A stretch of 64,000 nucleotides of DNA from Candidatus Dormiibacterota bacterium (GTDB lineage Bacteria > Chloroflexota > Dormibacteria > DASZGP01): the NCBI GenBank assembly GCA_035938265.1, contig DASZHA010000058.1:288-64287 (forward strand). The letters run 5' to 3'. The translations under genes were made by a program, and so were the position numbers. The notes under the pieces are model-generated. The model had not been told where the DNA came from, made no database searches, and saw nothing but the letters and a program-made list of their open reading frames with translations. Below are positions 44,608-57,007 of this stretch, piece by piece. The first letter of the stretch is position 1. Every line of letters starts with the position of its first letter.

Positions 44608-45375
44608 ATGGGTTCTACGGAGGACGCGGCCCGCAGCGTCTTTGGTGAGCGGGCCGACTTCTACGTCACCAGCCCGATCCATACCGAGGCCGCCGTCCTC
44701 GACCGAGTGGTCGAGCTGGCCCAGCCGGAGCCGGGATGGCGCGTCCTTGACATCGGGACGGGGGCGGGCCACACCGCACTGGCGGTGGCGCCGCACGTCG
44801 CCGAGGTGGTGGCCCAGGACCTCACGCCCGAGATGCTTGATCGTGCCCGCGCGCTGGCGGCGCGGCGAGGCGCCGTCAACGTCAGGTTTGTCGAGGGCGA
44901 CGTCCACCACCTCGACTTCTCCGATGGCGCCTTCGACCTGGTGACCTGCCGTCGCGCGGCGCACCACTTCGCCGACATCGAGCGGGCACTCCAGGAGATC
45001 TGCAGGGTGCTGCGCCGGGGCGGGCGGGTGGTCATCGACGACCGCAGCGTGCCGCCGGATCCCGGCGCTGACGCTGCCCTCAACCGCCTCGACGTCCTCC
45101 ACGACCGTTCCCACGTCCGCGAGTACTCGGCCGGCGAGTGGGTGGAGATGCTGGCGGGAGCGGAGTTTACCGTGGAGTCGGTCCAGACCTACACCCGGCA
45201 CCGGCCCTTGACGGCTTTCACTGATGGCGTCGACGAGGCCACCGCGGATGAGATCCACGCCCTGGTCGGCGGCTTCAGCGCAGAGCTCCGGCGCGCGCTC
45301 GACGTGCGCGAGGTCGACGGCCAGCTCCACGTCGACCACTGGTTCGTGATGGCGGCGGCGGTGAGGCCCGGCTAG
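44608..45375 (+). CDS. Class I SAM-dependent methyltransferase (Methyltransf_11-like)
   Basis: Motif I 'VLDIGTGAGHTALAVA', then 'AQDLTPEML' and 'FDLVTCRRAAHHF'. Confidence 0.85.
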   Translation: MGSTEDAARSVFGERADFYVTSPIHTEAAVLDRVVELAQPEPGWRVLDIGTGAGHTALAVAPHVAEVVAQDLTPEMLDRARALAARRGAVNVRFVEGDVHHLDFSDGAFDLVTCRRAAHHFADIERALQEICRVLRRGGRVVIDDRSVPPDPGADAALNRLDVLHDRSHVREYSAGEWVEMLAGAEFTVESVQTYTRHRPLTAFTDGVDEATADEIHALVGGFSAELRRALDVREVDGQLHVDHWFVMAAAVRPG

Positions 45376-45384
45376 CCTTAGGCC

Positions 45385-47022
<1,638 letters not shown>

Positions 47023-47169
47023 CACCCGGCCGCTGACAGGGGGCTACGCGCCCCTAGAGCAACCCAATGTGGCCGCCGCAGGTCTATTGTGTTCCTGTTA
47101 GGTGACATATAAGGCGCCTGGAAAGGGCGCCGGGGTGATGCAAGGGGTTTGCTCTGGGGGGGAGCCGCG

Positions 47170-50100
47170 ATGCTTAAGGTGACCCCTGACGAGGTGGGTG
47201 GCTTCAGGGTCATCGGTACCATAGGCGAGGGTGCCTACGGCAGGGTGCTGCTGGCGGGCCGCGTCGGAGTCCGCACGCCCGTGGCGCTGAAGCAGCTGGC
47301 GCCCGCTCTCGCACAGGATCGACTCTTCCTGGAACGGTTCCGGCAAGAGGCGCGGATCATGGCCGAGCTGCAGGAGCCCAACGTCAAGGTCGAGGGCGTC
47401 ATCGACGACGAGTCGGGGATCTACGTCGTCATGGAGTTCATCGATGGCCCCAGCCTCAAAGCGGTGCTTGCGGCCGGCGGCCGGCTGACCGGCGAACAGG
47501 CCTGCGGCGTGCTCAAAGATGTACTTATCGGCCTTGGCAGGGCGCATGCGTTGCGCCTGGTGCATCGCGACATCAAGCCGGCCAACATCCTCGTCGACAA
47601 GAAGGGCCGGGTCAGGCTGTCCGACTTCGGGCTCGCCATCAGGGTGCCTGTATCCGGCGCCACCGGGGTCACCGTGGCCTCGGCCGCCACCCCGATGTAC
47701 ATGAGCCCGGAGCAGGTGCGGGGCGACCACCTCGACCCCAGGGCCGACATCTATGCCTGCGGGGCGCTGCTTTATGAGCTGCTCACCGGCAGGCCGCCGT
47801 TCAGGGCCGCCAGCACGGACGAGCTCCTCCGCATGCACCTCCAGGCCCCGGTGCCCGATGCCCACAGGAGCCGACCATCGGTTCCCGCCGAGGTGGCCCT
47901 GGTGGCGGCCAAGGCGATGGCCAAGAACCCCCTCGACCGTTACCCGTCGGCCAAGGCCTTCCGCCGGCACCTCGACCGCGCGGCGCGGCAGGGTTATGGC
48001 GGCGACTGGGAAGCGCGAACGTCGATTGAGGCCGCGGTCGCGGCCGTGGTGTCGGGCGGATCGGCGCCGGCCGCGGGCCTCGACGAGCCGACCGAAGCCC
48101 TCGAGGCCGCGGACGTGGGTGTCGAGGAAGCCAAGAACGGGGCCGGGGTCGATGGCGTGGAGGCGGCGGAGGCGCTCGAGTGGCCGCCTCGTCCCCCGGC
48201 GGAGGCCCGACGGGAGGTGACGCTGGGAGCAGCTCGGGCCCGGGGAGCGGCAGGCACGGCCCGTAAGCGCCGGGGAAAACGGGCCAAGGGCGGAACCAAA
48301 GCAGCGGCGGCAGCAGAGGAGCAGGTCGAGCTCGCGGCTGTGGAGGACGCCGCGACCGTCGAGCAGACCGCGATCTCGGTGCCTATCGAGCCCGCACCGG
48401 CGGAAGCCAATCCCGAACCTGGGGCCGCGACGGAAGACACTGGCGATAAGGTGACCGCCGAAGCGGGTGTCGGTTCAGAGCCACAGGAGCCGGCGTCGGC
48501 GGTGGAAGAGAAGGCCGAAGTGGAGCCCGTAGCCGAGGAGCAGGTGGCCGCGGAGACGGTAGCCGCGGAGCCGGCCGAAGCCGAGGAGCCGGTGGCCGCG
48601 GAGCCGGCCGCACCCGCTTTGGAGCCGGCCGAACCCGCTGCTGCTGAGACCGAGCCCGCTGTGGACGTTGAGGAAGAGGCGACAGTGGCAGAGGCGGTGG
48701 CTGAGCCGGAACCGGCGGAGCCACGGGCACAAGAAGTGACCGCCGAGGTGGAGGCTGCGGCGGAGCCAGAAACGGCCGAGCCTGTGGTGGCGGCGGCGGA
48801 GCCCCCGGAGGCGGCCACAGAAACAGCATCCGAGATGAAGGCGGAGCCAGAACCGGCCGCGCCCGCAGTGGAGGCGGAGGTGGCCGCCGAGCCGGACACA
48901 GTGGCGCCAGTGGCCCATGAGACCGCCGAGGAAGAAACCGCCGACGAAGCCACCGCCGACGAAGCGATTGCCGAAGTCGAGGCCTCGGAGGAGGCGGGCG
49001 AGCCTGCGGAGGGGGTCGCCCTCGGCATGACGGCGGCCGAGGCGATGGCGGCGTTGGCCTTGGAGACTGATGGGCCGGCAGCCGCGCAGGGGCAAGAAAC
49101 GACGGCGGCGGCCGAGCCGGAGAGCCGGCCATCTGAGGCTTCTGAGCCCGCCGCTGAGACTGAGGAAACGGCAGCCGCAGAGCTGGCCGGGGAGCCCCAA
49201 CCGGCGGAGGAGTCAACCGTCGCGCGTAGCGGCGCGATCCTTGGCAATCCCAGGGTCATCGCTCCCGCACCGAAGCGGCAGCGGATCTCGCGACGGGCAG
49301 TCGCGATCGCGGCGCTGATCGCCGCCGCGGTGGCGGCATCGGGTGTCGGCGGTTATGTCTTCTTGACGACCAAGAAGCCGGCGCCTTTCTCCAGCAGTGC
49401 CCCCCAGGGCGGGGTCCTCGGGTCTGACGTCAAGGTTCCGCCTGGAGCGGGTCTGCGGGACTGCGTGGCCAACGCGCCCTCGGCCTTGAGCTGGTCCCAG
49501 GTCTCGCCGGCGGCGTCTCCACCGGCAATGGCTGACAGCTTCATGGTTTACGACAGCGACCGCGGACGCATGGTCCTGTTCGGCGGGACCAGCGGGGGCG
49601 GGCCGGTGGCGCAGACATGGGAATGGGACGGCGCCAACTGGACCAAGGCCACACCCGCGCATTCACCCAGTCCCCGAGGCGAACGGCAGATGGCGTACGA
49701 CCCAAGCCGCAAGAAGACGGTCCTGTTCGGCGGCGGCGTGCCAGGCCTGGTACTCGCCGATACCTGGCTCTGGGACGGTAGCGACTGGTCACAGCCGAAG
49801 CCGCCGACGTCGCCCCCAGCGCGGCACGGCGGGGCCATGGTCTTCGACGTGGCCATCGACAAGGTCCTGCTCTTCGGTGGATACGACAGCAAACAGAAGG
49901 CCCTGGGCGACACGTGGACCTGGGATGGGAGCGCCTGGGCGCAGGCCATCGCCATCCTCTCGCCGCCGGCCCGGATCGGGCAGCAAATGGCGTACGACTC
50001 GGACCGGAGCCGGGTGGTCCTGTTCGGGGGCCGCACGGCGGGTAACACCCCCCTGAACGACACCTGGGAGTTCGAGGGCTCCAGCTGGCGAGCCGTTGGG

Positions 50101-50379
50101 CCCGCATTGTCACCCCCTGGCAGCTACGACGGCACCATGGCCTACGACGCCCGCTCCAAGCAGACGCTCTTGGTCGACGGCAACGGCGGGGGCGGCGCCG
50201 TGGACCAGTGGACATGGGGCGGTATCGCCTGGATCCACCTTGGCACGGCGACGGTTCCCACCTCGCGGGTCCAGCCAGCGATGGCCTATGACAGCAAGCG
50301 CGGACGCCTGGTGGTCTTCGGCGGCTCTGCCGGCGGGCCCTTGGCCGACACATGGGAGGCGGACGCCTGCGGCGGGTAG
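47170..50379 (+). CDS. Ser/Thr protein kinase with an acidic Ala/Glu/Pro-rich linker, one TM helix and an extracellular six-repeat Kelch-like beta-propeller
   Basis: '[11 protein letters not shown]...VALKQL', '[11 protein letters not shown]', 'DFGLA' and 'YMSPEQ'. The TM helix is '[23 protein letters not shown]'. Six roughly 50-aa repeats follow the pattern 'P.aR...MAYD..R.r.VLFGG......L.DTW.WDG..W'. The ATG at 47170 lies 5 nt after GGGAG, and a TTG at 47149 is an alternative. Confidence 0.85.
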   Translation: MLKVTPDEVGGFRVIGTIGEGAYGRVLLAGRVGVRTPVALKQLAPALAQDRLFLERFRQEARIMAELQEPNVKVEGVIDDESGIYVVMEFIDGPSLKAVLAAGGRLTGEQACGVLKDVLIGLGRAHALRLVHRDIKPANILVDKKGRVRLSDFGLAIRVPVSGATGVTVASAATPMYMSPEQVRGDHLDPRADIYACGALLYELLTGRPPFRAASTDELLRMHLQAPVPDAHRSRPSVPAEVALVAAKAMAKNPLDRYPSAKAFRRHLDRAARQGYGGDWEARTSIEAAVAAVVSGGSAPAAGLDEPTEALEAADVGVEEAKNGAGVDGVEAAEALEWPPRPPAEARREVTLGAARARGAAGTARKRRGKRAKGGTKAAAAAEEQVELAAVEDAATVEQTAISVPIEPAPAEANPEPGAATEDTGDKVTAEAGVGSEPQEPASAVEEKAEVEPVAEEQVAAETVAAEPAEAEEPVAAEPAAPALEPAEPAAAETEPAVDVEEEATVAEAVAEPEPAEPRAQEVTAEVEAAAEPETAEPVVAAAEPPEAATETASEMKAEPEPAAPAVEAEVAAEPDTVAPVAHETAEEETADEATADEAIAEVEASEEAGEPAEGVALGMTAAEAMAALALETDGPAAAQGQETTAAAEPESRPSEASEPAAETEETAAAELAGEPQPAEESTVARSGAILGNPRVIAPAPKRQRISRRAVAIAALIAAAVAASGVGGYVFLTTKKPAPFSSSAPQGGVLGSDVKVPPGAGLRDCVANAPSALSWSQVSPAASPPAMADSFMVYDSDRGRMVLFGGTSGGGPVAQTWEWDGANWTKATPAHSPSPRGERQMAYDPSRKKTVLFGGGVPGLVLADTWLWDGSDWSQPKPPTSPPARHGGAMVFDVAIDKVLLFGGYDSKQKALGDTWTWDGSAWAQAIAILSPPARIGQQMAYDSDRSRVVLFGGRTAGNTPLNDTWEFEGSSWRAVGPALSPPGSYDGTMAYDARSKQTLLVDGNGGGGAVDQWTWGGIAWIHLGTATVPTSRVQPAMAYDSKRGRLVVFGGSAGGPLADTWEADACGG
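48300..49215 (+). repeat. Low-complexity coding tract (Ala/Glu/Pro/Thr/Val-rich acidic linker) within the kinase gene
   Basis: About 300 codons of imperfect GCC/GAG/CCG-rich repetition, for example '[32 protein letters not shown]'. It generates three long antisense shadow ORFs in the track. Confidence 0.75.
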
Positions 50380-50392
50380 CATTAGGCTCGCC

Positions 50393-52081
50393 ATGGCGAA
50401 GGTAGTTAGGAAAACCGGCACCTCGAAGACCGGCCCCTCGAAGACGAACGCCTCACGAAACGGGGCGCCCAGGGGCAACGGGGCGACCAAGGACACCGAG
50501 CCAAGAGGTTTCGCCGCCGCCAAACGCGAGGTCTCGGCCGGCGAGAAGCGGATCAACATCCTGCGCAAGCGCCGCCACGACGCCCTCCAGGGGGACGTCG
50601 CGGCGCTGCAGAAGCAGCACGAGAAGGGCAAGCTCTCCGCCCGCGAGCGCATCGACAAGGTCCTCGATCCCGGCAGCTTCGTCGAGTTCGACGCCTTCGC
50701 CCTGCACCGCAACCAGAACTTCGGCATGGCCGACAAGCGCATCCTCGGCGACGGTGTGGTCACGGGCTACGGCACCATCGGCGGCCGCCAGGTGGCGGTG
50801 TTCTCGCACGACGCCACCGCATTCGGGGGCTCGCTGGGCGAGGTCTTCGCCGAGAAGGTGGTCAAGATCATGGACTGGGCCGAGAAGGTCGGTTGCCCGT
50901 GCCTTGGTATCAACGACTCTGGCGGCGCCCGCATCCAGGAGGGCGTGGTCTCGCTGGCCGGGTACGCCTACATCTTCAAGCGCAACGTCGACGCCTCGGG
51001 CGTCATCCCCCAGCTTTCGCTGATCGTTGGTCCCTGCACCGGCGGCGCCGTCTACAGCCCGGCGATGACCGACTTCATCTTCATGACCAAGGGCGTCGGC
51101 TACATGTTCATCACCGGCCCCGACGTGATCAAGGTGACGACCGGCGAGCAGGTCGGCTTCGAGGAGCTCGGCGGCGCCGAGGTGCACAACCTCAAGTCGG
51201 GAGTAGCCCACTTCCTGGCCGAAACCGAGAAGGAGGCGTTCGTCCAGATCCGGGAGCTGCTCTCCTACCTGCCGCAGAGCAACCGGGAGAAGCCACCGCA
51301 CGTCGATACCAAGGACCCCGCCGACCGGATGGACAAGGAGCTGCAGACCGTGGTCCCCGACCGCTCGGGCGTGCCCTACGACATGCACGATGTGATCAAG
51401 CGGGTCTTCGACGACGGCAGGTTCCTGGAGATCCAGCCCTACTTCGGGCCCAACCTGATCACCGGGTTTTCCAGGCTGGGCGGTCACTCCGTTGGTGTGG
51501 TCGCCAACCAGCCCAAGTCGGGTGCGGGGGCGCTCGACATCGACGCCTCGGTGAAGGGCGGCCGCTTCGTCCGCTTCTGCGACGCCTTCAACATTCCCAT
51601 CATCACCTTCGTGGACGTCCCTGGCTTCCTGCCGGGCACGGCGCAGGAATACGGCGGCATCATCCGCCACGGCGCCAAGTTGCTCTACTCCTACTGCGAA
51701 GCCACCGTGCCCAAGCTGACAGTGATCACCCGCAAGGCGTACGGCGGCGCCTATGACGTCATGTCGAGCAAGCACATCGGCGCCGACTACAACGTCGCCT
51801 GGCCGTCGGCGGAAATCGCGGTGATGGGGCCTCAGGGCGCGGTCAACGTCATCTTCCGGCGAGACATTCAGGCCGCCGAGGACCCCGCCGCCAAGACCAA
51901 GGAGCTGGTCGATGACTACATCGAGAAGTTCGCCAACCCCTACTTCGCCGCCGAGCGGGGCTACATCGACGACATCATCGAGCCGCAGCAGACCCGGCCG
52001 CGGCTGATCTCAGCCCTCAACGCGCTCCAGGACAAGCGCATCCGCCGGCCCAAGCGCAAGCACGGCAACATCCCGCTCTAG
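50393..52081 (+). CDS. pccB: Acyl-CoA carboxylase carboxyltransferase (beta) subunit, propionyl-CoA carboxylase beta-like
   Basis: '[21 protein letters not shown]', '[20 protein letters not shown]', '[13 protein letters not shown]' and '[13 protein letters not shown]' are carboxyltransferase motifs. I chose the ATG at 50393; the ORF-track start at 50096 lies inside the kinase gene. The basic N-terminal tail is unusual. Confidence 0.9.
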   Translation: MAKVVRKTGTSKTGPSKTNASRNGAPRGNGATKDTEPRGFAAAKREVSAGEKRINILRKRRHDALQGDVAALQKQHEKGKLSARERIDKVLDPGSFVEFDAFALHRNQNFGMADKRILGDGVVTGYGTIGGRQVAVFSHDATAFGGSLGEVFAEKVVKIMDWAEKVGCPCLGINDSGGARIQEGVVSLAGYAYIFKRNVDASGVIPQLSLIVGPCTGGAVYSPAMTDFIFMTKGVGYMFITGPDVIKVTTGEQVGFEELGGAEVHNLKSGVAHFLAETEKEAFVQIRELLSYLPQSNREKPPHVDTKDPADRMDKELQTVVPDRSGVPYDMHDVIKRVFDDGRFLEIQPYFGPNLITGFSRLGGHSVGVVANQPKSGAGALDIDASVKGGRFVRFCDAFNIPIITFVDVPGFLPGTAQEYGGIIRHGAKLLYSYCEATVPKLTVITRKAYGGAYDVMSSKHIGADYNVAWPSAEIAVMGPQGAVNVIFRRDIQAAEDPAAKTKELVDDYIEKFANPYFAAERGYIDDIIEPQQTRPRLISALNALQDKRIRRPKRKHGNIPL

Positions 52082-52091
52082 CGTCGCCCTG

Positions 52092-52943
52092 ATGGGCCCC
52101 TCGCCCCTGGCGTTACAGCCGCAGCCGGTCAGTGAGATCTTCGACGGCGCCTTTCGCATGTACCGGCGCAACTTTGGGCTTTTCGCCGCTCTCGGCCTGG
52201 CCTCGGAGGTGCCCGACCTGGTCCGCTCCCTCCTCAGTGGCGGTGCGCAGGGCCAGGACATCCTCTTCACCACCCTCACCGGCACCGGCGACGCCGGCAG
52301 ATCGCTGGGATCAGCGGGCGGCAATCCCCTCCTGGCGTTTGCCGGCACGGCTCTGTGGCTGATCTGCCTCCCGATCGCCCTATCCCTGGCCGTCCAGGCC
52401 GCCGTCGACGTCAGCGCCGGCACTCGGCCCAGCTTCGGCCGCGTGCTCAGCAGCGTCGTGCGCAGGTACTGGTCGGTGGCCGCGGTGATGCTCTTGTTCG
52501 CGCTGGCGGCGGTGCCCTCGATCACCTGCGTGCTGATCCCGCTCAGCATCTGGCTCTACGTCCGCTGGGCGATGGCCTTTCCCGCGATCTTCGCGGAGGG
52601 CGCCGGCCCCATCCGGGCGATCGAACGCAGCACCTTCCTGGTGGCGGGCCGCTGGTGGCGCACCTTCGGGATCGTCCTGCTCGCATACATGTTGACCTCG
52701 GTGGTTGGCTTTGCCATCGCCGCGGTGCTGGAGCTGGCGGTGGCCCTCGTGCCCGGCATCAGCGGCGCCATCCGCGGTGGGGCGATGCTGGTCGCGGGCG
52801 CCATCGGCGAGGGCTTCGTCCGGCCGCTGTGGCCGATCATCCTCACGCTGGTCTACTTCGACCTCCGGGTCCGCCGGGAGGCCCTCGAGCTCGACGTTCT
52901 GGCGCGGCAGGCGATGCTGGCGCCGCCGCAGCAGCCGGCCTGA
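52092..52943 (+). CDS. Polytopic membrane protein of unknown function (paralogue A; GPDPase-membrane-domain-like)
   Basis: 283-aa ORF with about 6 TM helices. The N-terminal 'VSEIFDGAFRMYRRNFGLF' and C-terminal 'LTLVYFDLRVRREALELD' are shared with the next gene. Confidence 0.7.
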   Translation: MGPSPLALQPQPVSEIFDGAFRMYRRNFGLFAALGLASEVPDLVRSLLSGGAQGQDILFTTLTGTGDAGRSLGSAGGNPLLAFAGTALWLICLPIALSLAVQAAVDVSAGTRPSFGRVLSSVVRRYWSVAAVMLLFALAAVPSITCVLIPLSIWLYVRWAMAFPAIFAEGAGPIRAIERSTFLVAGRWWRTFGIVLLAYMLTSVVGFAIAAVLELAVALVPGISGAIRGGAMLVAGAIGEGFVRPLWPIILTLVYFDLRVRREALELDVLARQAMLAPPQQPA

Positions 52944-52953
52944 GGATCCAGCC

Positions 52954-53967
52954 GTGACGTCGGCGCCAACGCCCCTCCGCCTCCGGCCGATGCCGCTGTC
53001 CGAGCTCCTCGACGAGCTCTTCCGCATCTACCGCCGCAACTTTGCCCTGGTCGCGACCACGGCGCTGGCGCTGGAAATCCCGGCTTTGCTGTTCAACTTT
53101 CTCACCGGCCAGTTCCGCACCTTGGGCTTCTTCCTCGATTTCTTCGCCAGCGCTGGCAACCCCGACCGCCTGGCGGCGATGGCGCCGCCGCAGTCCAACC
53201 CCTTCTACCTCGGCATCGGCTACCTCGTCCTCCTCCTGCTCCTGCCGATCAGCACCGGGCTGATGCTGCGAGTCACCATCGACGTCGCCATGGGCCGTCG
53301 CACCGGCCTCCTCGGCGCGCTCCAGCGGACCGCTCGCCGCTACCTCAGCCTGGCGGCGTTCGACTTGATGGGCGCGCTTGCCGGGCTCGCGGCGGCCGTG
53401 GTGATCGTGGTGGTCGTGGTGGCCGGCATCGCCCTCGGCAGCCGGGGCCAAGGCAACGCCCTGGTCATTGTTCTCACCGTGCTGCTGGCTATCGGGCTGG
53501 GATTGGCCGCGCTGGTGGCGGCGGCTTGGATCGGCGTCCGCCTGCTGGTGGTGGTCCCGGCGATGCTCGAAGAGGAGGTGGGCCCGATCGCCGCCATCCG
53601 GCGGAGCTGGGGGCTGGTGCGCGGCAGCTTCTGGCGGATCGTCGGCATCATGCTGATCGTCTATGTGCTGGCGCAGGCGGTTCGGTCGGCGCTGAGCGGT
53701 GTCCTGCTGGTGCTGGTGCTGTTCGTTCCCGGGCTCAGCGGCGAGGCCCGCGGGGGGCTGCTGCTGCTAGCCCTGGCCGCGGTCGAGGTGCTGACCACCC
53801 CGATCTTCGCCATCGCCGTCACGCTGCTGTACTTCGACCTGCGTGTACGTCGGGATGCCATCGACCTGGACCAGCTGGCTGGGGCGGTGGGGCCAGCCCA
53901 GCCGCTGCCGCCGTCGCTGCTGCCACCGCCGGCGCCATCGCCGCCGCCGGCGGCGCCCGGGGTCTAG
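52954..53967 (+). CDS. Polytopic membrane protein of unknown function (paralogue B) with a Pro-rich tail
   Basis: GTG 7 nt after GAGGA. The N-terminal 'LSELLDELFRIYRRNFALV' and C-terminal 'VTLLYFDLRVRRDAIDLD' parallel the preceding gene. The tail is 'PPSLLPPPAPSPPPAAPG'. Confidence 0.7.
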   Translation: MTSAPTPLRLRPMPLSELLDELFRIYRRNFALVATTALALEIPALLFNFLTGQFRTLGFFLDFFASAGNPDRLAAMAPPQSNPFYLGIGYLVLLLLLPISTGLMLRVTIDVAMGRRTGLLGALQRTARRYLSLAAFDLMGALAGLAAAVVIVVVVVAGIALGSRGQGNALVIVLTVLLAIGLGLAALVAAAWIGVRLLVVVPAMLEEEVGPIAAIRRSWGLVRGSFWRIVGIMLIVYVLAQAVRSALSGVLLVLVLFVPGLSGEARGGLLLLALAAVEVLTTPIFAIAVTLLYFDLRVRRDAIDLDQLAGAVGPAQPLPPSLLPPPAPSPPPAAPGV

Positions 53968-53988
53968 ACGATCGCCATCGGCGCGCGA

Positions 53989-54891
53989 GTGCGGCTGGTC
54001 GCCGCCGCTGCCCTGGCGGCCGGCGCTCTGCTGGCCGCCCCGATGCCCGGCGCCGCCGATGGTCGCGGCGAGTACCTCGCCGCCGTCCAGCGCGCCCGTG
54101 CCCTGATCACCAGCGCGCAGTCGGCGGATGCCAGGACCGCGGCCCAAAAGGCCTCGCAGGCGGCGACGGCCCTGCGGACCGGTACCGGCACCAGCCAGGC
54201 GGAGATCCTGCTGGACCTCGACGCCAACCCGCCGCAGCTCAATGACGCCGCGGCGCGGCTGGATGCCCTACAGCAATCGCTGGGCCAGCCGGTCGCCACC
54301 GGCGATGCCGGCCGCGCCGACCGCGAGGTGAAGTCGATCCTGGCGGAACCGCGCTACCAGCCCAGCGGGCCCAACCTGTTGCAGCTGATCGAGGACTGGC
54401 TTCTACGCCAGCTGGCCCACATCTTCGGTGGCGCGGCCGGGTCGGGCGACGTGGTCACGCTGGTGGAGCTGGCGTTCGCCGCCACCGTCGGCACGGTGCT
54501 CCTGGTGGTGTTGCTGCGCGCCTTCTGGAGCCGCCGCGGGGGGGCACCCGCCAGGCTGCGCCAGCAGGACGCCGCCGCCCGCGCCGCCCACAGCTTCGCG
54601 GAAGCCGACCGGCTGGCAGCCGAGGGCGACTTCCTGCGCGCCCTCAAAGCTCTGACCAGCGCGGTGGCGACCAGCATCGGGGGCATCGGGACGTGGGAGG
54701 CGAGCCCGTTCACGGTGCGTGAGCTCTTTGTCGAGAAGGGGGTCATCGACGAACTCGAGCCGCTGGTGACGCCCTTCGAGGCTGCAGTGTACGGCCGCCG
54801 GGTGCCCGACGAGGCGACCTACCGGCGGGCGGCGGAGGCGGTGGCCGCCTTCCGTGCAGCAGCCGCGGCGGCGCGAGGCCAGGCGGCATGA
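53989..54891 (+). CDS. DUF4129-like protein (signal peptide, central TM helix, C-terminal DUF4129-type domain)
   Basis: Signal peptide 'MRLVAAAALAAGALLAAPMPGAADG'. 'ILAEPRYQP' precedes the TM helix 'VVTLVELAFAATVGTVLLVVLL'. The C-terminal 'TVRELF...FEAAVYGRRVPDEATYRRA' fits my recollection of DUF4129. Confidence 0.65.
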   Translation: MRLVAAAALAAGALLAAPMPGAADGRGEYLAAVQRARALITSAQSADARTAAQKASQAATALRTGTGTSQAEILLDLDANPPQLNDAAARLDALQQSLGQPVATGDAGRADREVKSILAEPRYQPSGPNLLQLIEDWLLRQLAHIFGGAAGSGDVVTLVELAFAATVGTVLLVVLLRAFWSRRGGAPARLRQQDAAARAAHSFAEADRLAAEGDFLRALKALTSAVATSIGGIGTWEASPFTVRELFVEKGVIDELEPLVTPFEAAVYGRRVPDEATYRRAAEAVAAFRAAAAAARGQAA

Positions 54892-56060
54892 GGGGTCGGG
54901 GCTGGATCATCCCCATCGTTCTTGGCGCCATCGTCGCGGTGCTGGTGCTGCTGGTTCCCAACCAGCCGTCCAACAGCCCTGACCACCGCTCCGACAGCGA
55001 CGCCGCGGATGGCACCTCGGCGCTGTTCGAGCTGGCGTCGCGGCTGGGCCATCCCACCAGCCGGGTCCAGGAGAGCTTCGGCGTCCCCGACACGCCGGGC
55101 ATCATGTTCGTCCTCTCACCGGCGGATCCCTACGAGGGCGGCCAGGCCCGCCAGCTGGCGCAGTGGGTGCGCGACGGCGGCACCCTGGTCTACGCCGACA
55201 GCGCCCTCGACAGCAACCTGGCCAGCCAGTTCGATGTGAGCTCCAGCGAGGAGTTCCTGGACACCAGCAGCAGCAGCGATGCCACCCAGGCGGAGTCGAC
55301 CATCGACGCCGGCACCCCGGTGTTCGACGGCGTCACCAGCCTGCGCACCAGTGCAACCGTGGTCGGGGCCCTCGAGCCCAAGACCAACCAGGTTCCATTT
55401 ATGCGCGTCCAGGTCCCGGGCCGGCGCGGCGGCAACAAGGCTTTGGGTGTGGTGATGGCCCTTGGCAAGGGTCGCGCCATCCTCATGGGCGACCCCCTGG
55501 TGTTCACCAACGGCGTGCTGGGCAAGGCCGACAACGGCCGCTTCGCCGCGGATATCCTGGCGATGGCGCCCGCCAGCGCGCCGGTTCGCTTCGACGAGTT
55601 CCACCACGGCGGCGGCGGGGTGTCGCAGTCCTTCAACGACTGGGTGACCACGCCCTGGGGGGCGGCCCTGGCCTGGGTGCTGGTGGTGCTTTTCATCGGC
55701 TTCCTTCTGCGCGGCCGATCGTTCGGCCCGGCGATCCCCATCCTGTCGACCCGCGACCGATCGTCGGCGGAGTACGCCGCCGCGGTCGGCACCCTGTTGC
55801 GCCGAGCTCGAGCCCGGGACCTGACCCTCAAGGTTGTCGCCGACGCCACCCGTCGGGCGCTCGCCGAGCGGACCGGGCTGGGCCGGGGCGTGGCCCCCGA
55901 TCGTCTCGGTGCGGTGCTGGAGCAGCGGTCACCGGCGCTGGCCGCGGAGCTGAGCCAGGCCGAAGCGCTGTCTGCGGGGGTGTCGCGCTCCGAGGCTCAG
56001 CTGCTGCGTGCGGCCCGCAAACTGCACGCACTCGCCTATCCTTCCGCGAAGGACAGATGA
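54888..56060 (+). CDS. DUF4350-like protein (N- and C-proximal TM helices)
   Basis: ATGA overlap with the previous gene. 'VRDGGTLVYAD', 'ILMGDPLVFTNGVLGKADNGRFAADIL' and 'FDEFHHGG' are followed by the TM helix 'WGAALAWVLVVLFIGFLL'. Confidence 0.65.
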   Translation: MRGRGWIIPIVLGAIVAVLVLLVPNQPSNSPDHRSDSDAADGTSALFELASRLGHPTSRVQESFGVPDTPGIMFVLSPADPYEGGQARQLAQWVRDGGTLVYADSALDSNLASQFDVSSSEEFLDTSSSSDATQAESTIDAGTPVFDGVTSLRTSATVVGALEPKTNQVPFMRVQVPGRRGGNKALGVVMALGKGRAILMGDPLVFTNGVLGKADNGRFAADILAMAPASAPVRFDEFHHGGGGVSQSFNDWVTTPWGAALAWVLVVLFIGFLLRGRSFGPAIPILSTRDRSSAEYAAAVGTLLRRARARDLTLKVVADATRRALAERTGLGRGVAPDRLGAVLEQRSPALAAELSQAEALSAGVSRSEAQLLRAARKLHALAYPSAKDR

Positions 56061-57007
56061 CGGCCGCCCAGGATTTCCACCAGAAGTTCCTGACCGAGGC
56101 GCGGAAATGCGTCGTCGGGCAGGACGAGGCCATCCGGCTCTGCGCCCTGGCGGTGGCGGTGGGCGGCCACGTGCTCCTGGAGGGCGTGCCGGGTACGGCC
56201 AAGACGCTCCTGGCCAAGACCATCGCCCGCATCCTGGAGCTGTCCTACGCCCGCATCCAGTTCACCCCCGACCTGATGCCTGCCGACATCGTCGGCACCG
56301 CGGTCTACGACCTCCAGGCGCGCGAGTTCAGGGTCCGGCGGGGGCCGGTCTTCACCAACGTACTGCTCGCCGACGAGATCAACCGAGCGCCCGCCAAGGT
56401 GCAGTCGGCCCTGCTGGAAGCGATGGAGGAGCGCGGCGTCAGCCTGGAGGGGGAGCAGGTGCCGCTGCCCGACCCCTTCCTGGTGCTGGCCACCCAGAAC
56501 CCGGTGGAGTACGAGGGCACCTACCCCCTGCCCGAGGCGCAGCAGGACCGCTTCCTGTTCAAGGTGGTGCTCGACTACCCAACGCCGGAGTCCGAGCTGG
56601 AGGTGCTGCGCCGCTGGAACTCCGGGATCGAGCTGCGCGACCCGGTGGCGGCGGGCGTCGAGCAGGTCCTCAGCCCTCGCTCGGTGGCCGAGGTGCGGGC
56701 TCAGATCCAGGGCGTCATCGTCGACGAGCAGATCCAGCGCTACATCATCGAGCTGGCGGTGGCCTCGCGCACAGCCGGCGAGCTGGCCCTGGGGGCGAGC
56801 ACCCGGGGCGAGGTCCTGCTGCTGCAGGCGGCCAAGGCGGCAGCCGCCTTCGACGGCCGCGATTTCGTCACCCCCGACGACGTCAAAGCCCTGCTCAGCC
56901 CCACCTTCCGGCATCGCCTGATCGTCAGGCCCGAGGCCGAGGTTGCCGGCCAGACGGCGAACCTGGTGCTGGAGTCGATCATCGCCCAGGTGACTCCACC
57001 GCGCTGA
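56057..57007 (+). CDS. moxR: MoxR-family AAA+ ATPase
   Basis: 'VVGQDEAIRLCALAVAVGGHVLLEGVPGTAKT' includes Walker A. Also 'IQFTPDLMPADIVGT', Walker B 'LLADEINRAPAKVQSALLEAMEE', and 'FLVLATQNPVEYEGTYPLPEAQQDRF'. ATGA overlap with the upstream gene. Confidence 0.92.
   Translation: MTAAQDFHQKFLTEARKCVVGQDEAIRLCALAVAVGGHVLLEGVPGTAKTLLAKTIARILELSYARIQFTPDLMPADIVGTAVYDLQAREFRVRRGPVFTNVLLADEINRAPAKVQSALLEAMEERGVSLEGEQVPLPDPFLVLATQNPVEYEGTYPLPEAQQDRFLFKVVLDYPTPESELEVLRRWNSGIELRDPVAAGVEQVLSPRSVAEVRAQIQGVIVDEQIQRYIIELAVASRTAGELALGASTRGEVLLLQAAKAAAAFDGRDFVTPDDVKALLSPTFRHRLIVRPEAEVAGQTANLVLESIIAQVTPPR

Noticed and set aside
48300-49215. A repetitive GCC/GAG/CCG-rich DNA tract, considered as a tandem-repeat locus or a CRISPR-like array
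   Set aside because: There is no regular repeat-spacer periodicity. The tract stays in frame within the kinase ORF and encodes an acidic disordered linker.
47994-49259. Three long minus-strand ORFs (421, 277 and 241 aa), Ser/Ala/Pro/Arg-rich, that could be mistaken for repeat proteins
   Set aside because: They are antisense reflections of the kinase's Ala/Glu/Pro low-complexity linker. They have no start context or motifs.
50096-50392. N-terminal extensions of ORF-track entries: 50096 for the carboxyltransferase, 55163 for MoxR, 56008 for DUF58, 59616 for the Zn-ribbon protein, 52705 for membrane paralogue B, 44036 for the epimerase, 11197 for the ABC exporter, and 2254 for the MBL hydrolase
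   Set aside because: Each extension overlaps the preceding, well-supported gene and has nonsense composition. Internal in-frame starts, often coupled to the upstream stop codon, give products that begin where family homology begins.
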